This document shows positions 54,801-64,000 of a stretch of DNA of 64,000 bases, piece after piece. Each line of letters starts with the position of its first letter. Positions within the stretch are counted from its first letter, which is position 1. The stretch covers positions 34,471,504-34,535,503 of the forward strand of contig OZ037765.1 of the NCBI GenBank assembly GCA_964035545.1, in the 5' to 3' direction. The notes beneath the pieces were generated by a model. The model made no database searches, was not told the DNA's origin, and saw only the letters and a program-made list of their open reading frames with translations. Origin of the DNA: Bugula neritina (taxonomy: Eukaryota > Animalia > Bryozoa). A program made the translations under genes and the position numbers.

Positions 54801-57800
54801 GGGAGGTCGACAGGGACAGCCCAGTCTCTCACAGCCCGTACCTTCTCGGGGTCGGTGGCGACCCCGGCTCCACCGACTACATGGCTCAGGTACTTAATCT
54901 CTTGCTGCAACAACGTGCACTTAGAGGGCTTGAGCTTCAGACCAGCAGCTCGAAGTCTGTCAAACACCTCTCTGATCCAACTGACCTGTGTGTCAAAGTC
55001 GGGGGAGATGACAATGACATCATCGAGATAGATGAGCAAGGTCTTCCAGTGCAGCCTACTCAGGACCTGCTCCATGAGTAGCTGAAAGGTGGCCGGTGCG
55101 GGCGTAAGTCCGAACATCAGTACCTTCCATTTCCAGAGCCCATCCCGCGGCCTTGTCCTGTGCATCAGGACTCAGGGGCACCTGCCAATACCCGCTTAGC
55201 AAGTCCAACGTGCTGAAGAACTTGCTACAAGCGAAGGCATCTAACGACTCATCATTCCTAAGAAGAGGGTAAGCATCCTGGATGGTCATGCTGTTCAGTT
55301 TGCGATAATCCAAGCAAAACCGCCAGCAACCATCCTTTTTTCGAACCAGGACAACTGGCGAGCTCCAAGCACCATTGGCTGGCTCAATCATGTCCTGGCT
55401 CAGAAGGTCTTGCACCTGTCTGCTCACTTCCTTCTCCTTCTCAGGACCTAACCGGCGGGTCGGCTGCCTGATAGGCACCATCCCAGCCGCCAGGGGTATC
55501 TCATGACAGATAGCCTTAGCTAGGCCCATGTCGTGATCGCCGCAACTGAACATATCTTTGTACTCAGGGAGGAGCTGCACTACTACTAGGCATTCCCGCT
55601 TGCTCTCACAGGCATCCCCGCACAATTCCACCAAGTGTTCAGGCACCGGCCCCCTGCCGTCCCTAGTGGGTACCCATCGAGCCTCGTCCGCTGTTTCCAG
55701 GGCGGGACCAACATCCTCCTCCTGTATGGAGTGGAATTTCCCCACTAGCGACCCAGCCAGCAATTCTACCGACTCCGTGAAAGGGTTTACGCACTGTACC
55801 AGAAACTCCCCCCTCTCATCCAGCCTATTCAGACTGTTGGCGAGCTGGACGCCCTCCAGTGCTCCCTCCACCACTCCTAAATTGGAGATTTCCCCACAGT
55901 TCACTCTGCAGCGAACTGTAGCCCGAGAGCGCCCAGGTACAGTACAACGCTGTACCACCTGCACTTCCACCACCAAGGGTCGGCCAAATCGGTCGACACA
56001 GGCCAGCTCACGCCCGGCAATCACCACCGCCGACTTGCTAAAGTCGATGTAGCACCTGTGTCGCTTCAGAAATGGCATGCCCAAGATGGCGTCCTCCTTG
56101 ATTGGCCAAGACGATCAGGCCATCCTAGCAGCCTGACACCAGCTGCTTCACTCAACTATTGGCAAAAAGTATTCTTTTGATACAAATACAAAATACTAAT
56201 AATCTACTAATAATACAATTATTAATACAATTAACACACTATGAAAAACCCTTACAATATCACAGCTAGCTACAGCCTGGGGATAATCAACTACAGGAAA
56301 GGATAAGAAATTGATACAGTAACCTGTTTACTCAGGTCAAACAGAGGATCATCTTCATTGGCTACAACAAATCCCATGTCTTTCAACAGAGTTTTGATGT
56401 TAACATAGTCGATGTATGAACCATCTCGGGTTGCCTCAGTCAGTTCACTGCCATCATCTCTAAAGAATCTCTCATTGTTTATGATCATGACACGACCTCT
56501 AACAGGGTTACTCATCGCATAAACCTGTAAACCAATCAATTTTATCTTACTAAGAGTAGACAACAGAAAACGGGCTAATCAAATCAAGTATGAAATGTAA
56601 TAGAAATTAAATGAAAAGCCAAAGTATCAAAAAAATATTAATCAATGATCTAAAAAGAAATCAAAGAACTTGTTTTACCTGTCGGTGGTTGTCAAACAGC
56701 TGTTTTACTGGTTCATTGTTGGTAGGTTTCAGCTGCATACCCTCAACCTGAGATATAAAAGGTTCAAAGTCATCTTTAGTGAAATCAGCATATCCTTCTT
56801 CTTCTATATCAGAGCATTCACTGATGTTGTCGTCTTCAACAAGGACTGAGGCAGTTTGAGTTAACAAACTCTTTTCTCCACCCATCTCTAAAATAAAACA
56901 AAAGGTGATATATTCAGTGCTAAGTAACAGATACTAAATATCAAAATGACTGTAAACAATGAACAGAATCAATATTTGAGTGTTTTTCTGTCAATAATTA
57001 TACAAATAAATTACAACAATTGAAGGTGTGTGAGTTTTTGCAGAGAGCCTATATAACTGAGGGTCATGAGTTCTTGTCTATTGCTGTTTACATATGACTG
57101 AGCTCAGGCAAAGGGTGCTACTTTTAACAGTAACAATTTATGATAGACAACTGATCATACCAGAAACAGTTGAAGCAGTCCCTTCTCTTGCAGATCTCAG
57201 TTTGGTGACACATTCTTTTATGTTATCAGCTTCTTCTGGAGAGAGAGGACTGCCTGGAGAATGAAAAACTGTCAGTTACCACAAAAATCATTACAATAAT
57301 AGAAGTTGATAAATAAACCACAGAGAAATCAACTGTTTTATTGAAATAAAATTAGACGTACATGGATACAGAAAAGCACTGGGTATCTCCTCATCACCAC
57401 ACAGGGTTGTTGAAGATCCGCTGCACAGTCTGGGACTTGTTGGGGTAGAATGTTTCAAAGAGCGAAGACACCACGGAGGATTGAGTACTTTGTTAGGACA
57501 AGGAAGTCCTAGCAAAAGACAGTGAGCACAGTAGCATGTAGTGACTGGTCTACTCGCTGACCAAGTTTCTAGGACATGTCTAAGGATGTTGTTGTTGGTG
57601 GTGATGAGTCTCTCCCACATTCTGCTGATATTGGCAGCATTAGATGACACGTGGAGTGACACTTTTCGAGATTTGTAGTCGTGTACCAGCTGTGTGTAGA
57701 TACCATCTTGATAGACATTGGCGCCATTTTTCTTCACTTTAATCACAGCAAATTCATCGCAAAACAACTCTAGCAAACCAACATTCATCTGCTGGTAGAC

Positions 57801-59367
57801 ATATTGTGGTAGCGCTAAGCCATTGAATTGGGTTTCAACTCGAAGAAGCATATTCTTTGGCGAAGAGTAAGAGGTATTAAAGAAGTCATTAGCAAACTGA
57901 GGAACAATAAAACATGGCTCCTTGAAATCAGCAGGTAAAGGACCATATAACAAACGGAATGTGAGGAGCAAGCAAACAGCAACTTTTACATCTTCCAGAC
58001 TGGTAAATGGTGTTTCTTGTTTAACCAGATGAGTGAGAAGACATTGCATCATCAAACCAGTCTCAGTGAAATGATTAACAAATCTCTCAAAGTCTTCTTT
58101 TTCAACAGGCATCCCATCCTCTGAAAAATATGGCTGGAACTTGTCAACTCTACTCTGCCATATGCTAGGATCATGATGATACAAGACACAGAGAAGTTTG
58201 GTGACTTGTGAAATCTTGTGGAATATGTATGGCCGGAGAGAGCTGATATCTTTATACCACAAGACTTTGCCGCAGTCATGCATGTATGTGAGGATTATGT
58301 CCAGCTGACTCGATTCAATTTGTTGAAGTTCGGTTTGCACATATTTCAGTATCTCATCAAAGGTGCTGTACACAGAGGGAATAGACAGCACTTTTTCATT
58401 TACTTCCTCCCAGACCAAAGGTAAAGGTTTCACAAAATGGTGACTGCTTTGAAGAAGAGACTCTTTGATCAGGTCAAACACTTCATACTTATCATCTTTC
58501 CCCACCTCATAAATTTCCTCACCAAGAAAGACTTCTTCAGTTGATTCACTAAAATGTTTGATTTGAGCAAATTCTCCACCCAATGCTTTCTCTTCTTTAA
58601 TCATCTCTTCACACAGCTGATTGGAAGTGTCTAGAAAGTTCGTTCGAAGCTCCTGGAATTCCACATTTTGAAACTTATCTTTATGTGTGAAGATAATTTT
58701 TGGAGCACCCAGGGTTGGGTTAGCCAAGTAGAGGTGAGACATGTAATCAAAGGCTAATCTTTTAACAGCTTCTCTGTGTGTTGATTCATTTGAAACCTCT
58801 TCGTACTGTTCCATGTTGACTACTATGACTGGAATGCAGTTCTGTCTCAGTGTCAGTTGATAAGTGATATGATAGACTTCCTGGCCTCCCATATCTATGA
58901 GACGGAGTACTGTACCATCCACCTCCACCTCTTCAACATTAAACACCTTTGTTGCCTCATCTCTCACAGCATCTGGTCCTCTGTCGGTCAGAACTCTCTT
59001 TCTGTCAGCATTCTGTAATGTTCTGATTAGACTGGTTTTTCCAGCCATCGTATTACCCAGCACAGCTATAGTAGCGAATGGAAGACTTCTACCAGCTCCT
59101 TTAGCCAAGTCTGTGTAGTATTGTCTCACAGCATCTACTCCTCTCTCACATACTTCCAGTGGAGGAGAGGTGAGAGCATTACAATTTTTAACATACACTG
59201 TACGAAGTTGAGTTAGCTGTAATATCTCAGAATCTAAGGATGTCAAAGAGTAATTGGAAGATATATTCAGTTCTTGCAGATTAGTCAGTGTGTACACAGG
59301 AGATGGTAAATTGGTGAAGTTACTTGACGATATGTCCAGTTCTTTTAACTTCTGTAGAATCTGTATG
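51862..59367 (-). CDS. LRR-Roc-COR-caspase fusion protein, copy 2 (5' exons beyond window end)
   Basis: Exons 59367-57362, 57253-57161, 56887-56679, 56524-56324, 53066-52844, 52575-52375, 52217-52108 and 52020-51862 are GT-AG, in phase and have no stops. Motifs: GNTMAGKTS / DMGGQ / THKD; caspase RGRVMIINN, IMSHG, GKPKLIIFHACSG, GRNENYGTWFI, RKLFFFP. Confidence 0.88.
53570..53690. mobile_element. Small palindromic element (TTCGCTCGAA/TCGAGCGAA motifs, CTAG ends)
   Basis: CpG-rich, self-complementary ~120 bp in an AT-rich intron. Confidence 0.45.
54286..56130 (-). mobile_element. Decayed Ty3/Gypsy LTR-retrotransposon pol fragment (protease remnant, RT, RNase H)
   Basis: ILGMPFL; SSPVVLVRKKDG.WRFCLDYRKLN; LDLLSGYWQV; YLDD; DTDAS..NYCTTRRELLA..TDHASL. 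Frameshift near 55150, stop at 54617, no integrase or LTRs; GC-rich relative to the flanks. Confidence 0.93.
57362..59367 (-). CDS. Large exon of copy 2: LRRs + Roc GTPase + COR
   Basis: ORF 57291-59486 trimmed to splice sites; close paralog of 35127-37129. Confidence 0.9.
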
Positions 59368-59604
59368 CTGACAAAAATACAATTGTTGTTTTGAATAGGC
59401 CTTTGTATAAACATATAAATAATAAAATTCCATAATATACTTTGTAATATAATACCACTGTAGTAAATATATAAGATTCTCTGCAATTTCTATTGTTTAG
59501 TAATTATATTTTATAGCTGCTTGAAGTTACACTCCCTGGTATTTGATGGAATAAGGCAGGTTAATTATACAATGCATCACACAGTAACTGTTTATTGACT
59601 ACCC

Positions 59605-62600
59605 TTATAATATATCTCACTATACTATTACAATATATCGCAGTATAATATTATAATATATCTCAGTATAACATTACAATATATCGCAGTATAATATTAT
59701 ATTATATCTCAGTATAACATTATAATATATCTCAGTATAACATTATATTATATCTCAGTATAACATTACAATATATCTCAGTATAACATTATATTATATC
59801 TCAGTATAATATTACAATATATCTCAGTATAACATTATAATATATCTCAGTATAATATTAAAATATATCTCAGTATAACATTATATTATATCTCAGTATA
59901 ACATTATAATATATCTCAGTATAACATTATAATATATCTCAGTATAACATTATAATATATCTCAGTATAATATTATATTATATCTCAGTATAGTATTATA
60001 ATATATTTTAGTATAACATTATAATATATCTCAGTATAATATTATATTATATCTCAGTATAATATTATAATATATCTCAGTATAATATTATAATATATCT
60101 CAGTATAACATTATAATATATCTCAGTATAACATTATAATATATCTCAGTATAATATTACAATATATCTCAGTATAACATTATATTATATCTCAGTATAA
60201 CATTATAATATATCTCAGTATAACATTATAATATATCTCAGTATAACATTATATTATATCTCAGTATAACATTATAATATATCTCAGTATTATATTATAA
60301 TATATCTCAGTATAATATTATAATATATCTCAGTATAATATTATATTATATCTCAGTATACATTATATTATATCTCAGTATAACATTATAATATATCTCA
60401 GTATAATATTACAATATATCTCAGTATAATATTATAATATACCTCAGTATAACATTATATCATATCTCAGTATAACATTATAATATATCTCAGTATAACA
60501 TTATAATATATCTCAGTATAATATTATAATATATCTGAGTATAACATTATATTATATCTCAGTATAACATTATAATATATCTCAGTATAACATTATCATA
60601 TATCTCAGTATAACATTATATTATATCTCAGTATAACATTATAATATATCTCAGTATAACATTATAATATATCTCAGTATAACATCATATTATATCTCAG
60701 TATAATATTATAATATATCTCAGTATAACATTATAATATATCTCAGTATAATCTTAAAATATATCTCAGTATACATTATATTATATCTCAGTATAACATT
60801 ATAATATATCTCAGTATAACATTATAATATATCTCAGTATAACATTATAATATATCTCAGTATAATATTATATTATATCTCAGTATAGTATTATAATATA
60901 TTTTAGTATAACATTATAATATATCTCAGTATAATATTATATTATATCTCAGTATAATATTATAATATATCTCAGTATAATATTATAATATATCTCAGTA
61001 TAACATTATAATATATCTCAGTATAACATTATAATATATCTCAGTATAATATTACAATATATCTCAGTATAACATTATATTATATCTCAGTATAACATTA
61101 TAATATATCTCAGTATAACATTATAATATATCTCAGTATAACATTATAATATATCTCAGTATTATATTATAATATATCTCAGTATAATATTATAATATAT
61201 CTCAGTATAACATTATATTATATCTCAGTATAATATTATAATATATCTCAGTATAACATTATAATATATCTCAGTATAATATTACAATATATCTCAGTAT
61301 AATATTATAATATACCTCAGTATAACATTATATCATATCTCAGTATAACATTATAATATATCTCAGTATAACATTATAATATATCTCAGTATAATATTAT
61401 AATATATCTGAGTATAACATTATATTATATCTCAGTATAACATTATAATATATCTCAGTATAACATTATCATATATCTCAGTATAACATTATATTATATC
61501 TCAGTATAACATTATAATATATCTCAGTATAACATTATAATATATCTCAGTATAACATCATATTATATCTCAGTATAATATTATAATATATCTCAGTATA
61601 ACATTATAATATATCTCAGTATAATCTTAAAATATATCTCAGTATACATTATATTATATCTCAGTATAACATTATAATATATCTTAGTATAATATTATAA
61701 TATATCTCAGTATAATATTATAATATATCTCAGTATAATATTATAATATATCTCAGTATACATTATATTATATCTCAGTATAACATTATAATATATCTTA
61801 GTATAACATTATAATATATCTCAGTATAATATTACAATATATCTCAGTATAATATTATAATATACCTCAGTATAACATTATAATATATCTCAGTATAATA
61901 TTATAATATATCTCAGTATAACATTATAATATATCTTAGTATAATATTATAATATATATCAGTATAACATTATAATATATCTCAGTATAATATTATATTA
62001 TATCTCAGTATAATATTATAATATATCTCAGTATAATATTATAATATATCTCAGTATAACATTATAGTATATCTCAGTATAACATTATAATATATCTCAG
62101 TATAATATTACAATATATCTCAGTATAACATTATAATATATCTTAGTATAATATTATATTATATCTCAGTATAACATTACAATATATCTCAGTATAACAT
62201 TATAATATATCTCAGTATAACATTATAATATACCTCAGTATAACATTATATTATATCTCAGTATAATATTATAATATATCTCAGTATAATATTATATTAT
62301 ATCTCAGTATAACATTATAATATATCTCAGTATAACATTATATTATATCTCAGTATAACATTATATTATATCTCAGTATAACATTATAATATATCTCAGT
62401 ATACATTATAATATATCTCAGTATAACATTATAATATATCTCAGTATAACATTATAATATATCTCAGTATAACATTATAATATATCTCAGTATAACATTA
62501 TAATATATCTCAGTATAATATTATAATATATCTCAGTATAACATTATAATATATCTCAGTATAATATTATAATATATCTCAGTATAACATTATAATATAT

Positions 62601-64000
62601 CTCAGTATAACATTATAATATATCTCAGTGTAATATTATATTATATCTCAGTATATCATTATAATATATCTCAGTATAGTATTATAATATATCTCAGTAT
62701 AACATTATAATATATCTCAGTATAGCATTATAATATATCTCAGTATAACATTATAATATATCTCAGTATAGCATTATAATATATCTCAGTATAACATTAT
62801 ATTATATCTCAGTATAACATTATATTATATCTCAGTATAACATTATAATATATCTCAGTATAACATTATAATATATCTCAGTGTAACATTATAATATATC
62901 TCAGTATAATATTATATTATATCTCAGTATAGTATTATAATATATCTCAGTATAACATTATAATATATCTCAGTATAACATTATAATATATCTCAGTATA
63001 ATATTGTAATATATCTCAGTATAACATTATAATATATCTCAGTATAACATTATAATATATCTCAGTATAACATTATATTATATCTCAGTATAATATTAAA
63101 ATATATCTCAGTATAACATTATAATATATCGCAGTACAACATTATAATATATCTCAGTATAACATTATAATATATCTCAGTATAACATTATATTATATCT
63201 CAGTATAACATTATATTATATCTCAGTATAACATTATAATATATCTCAGTATAACATTATAATATATCTCAGTATAATATTATAATATATCTTAGTATAA
63301 CATTATATTATATCTCAGTATAGTATTATAATATATCTCAGTATAACATTATAATATATCTCAGTATAACATTATAATATATCTCAGTATAATATTGTAA
63401 TATATCTCAGTATAACATTATAATATATCTCAGTATAACATTATAATATATCTCAGTATAACATTATATTATATCTCAGTATAACATTATAATATATCTC
63501 AGTATAATATTATAATATATCTCAGTATAATATTATATTATATCTCAGTATAACATTATAATATATCTCAGTATAACATTATAATATATCTTAGTATAAC
63601 ATTATAATATATCTCAGTATAACATTATATTATATCTCAGTATAATAATATAATATATCTCAGTATAACATTATATTATATCTCAGTATAATATTATAAT
63701 ATATCTCAGTATAACATTATATTATATCTCAGTATAACATTATAATATATCTCAGTATAACATTATATTATATCTTAGTATAATATTATAATATATCTCA
63801 GTATAATATTATAATATATCTCAGTATAATATTATAATATACCTCAGTATAACATTATAATATATCTCAGTATAATATTATAATATAATATCTCAGTATA
63901 ACATTATAATATATCTCAGTATAACATTATAATATATCTCAGTATAACATTATAATGTATCTCAGTATAACATTATATTATATCTCAGTATAATATTATA
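59605..64000. repeat. >4.3-kb 23-bp minisatellite (copy-2 intron), runs off window
   Basis: Unit CAGTATAACATTATAATATATCT with variant units; some longer blocks recur (higher-order duplication). Confidence 0.97.

Noticed and set aside
54404-56052. Plus-strand ORFs over the Gypsy region
   Set aside because: Antisense shadows of GC-rich pol sequence.

Overview
AT-rich, intron-containing animal (invertebrate-type) genomic DNA; the species cannot be fixed from sequence alone. Splicing the exons by hand (GT/AG sites, phase checks) gives seven protein genes. On +: a CD225/dispanin (IFITM-like) membrane protein, neurogenin, and a secreted-type phospholipase A2 with a hydrophobic C-terminal tail. On -: CatSper3 (the PLA2 is nested antisense in one of its introns), an apparently 3'-incomplete NOL11, and two nearby paralogs of an unusual fusion, LRR - Roc GTPase - COR - caspase. 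Copy 1 (32333-41394) splices into a complete 1235-aa ORF with an N-terminal MGxxxS myristoylation motif; copy 2 (51862->59367) runs off the window end. This Roco-caspase fusion is the best candidate for an undescribed system. It looks like a single-chain sensor/switch/protease, possibly an innate-immune or cell-death receptor, with duplicated modular LRR exons and diverged caspase specificity pockets. The window also holds a decayed Gypsy pol, a hAT element with 8-bp TSD, several MITEs, and many minisatellites, a number of which are anchored on splice sites. All gene models are manual and unverified by RNA data.
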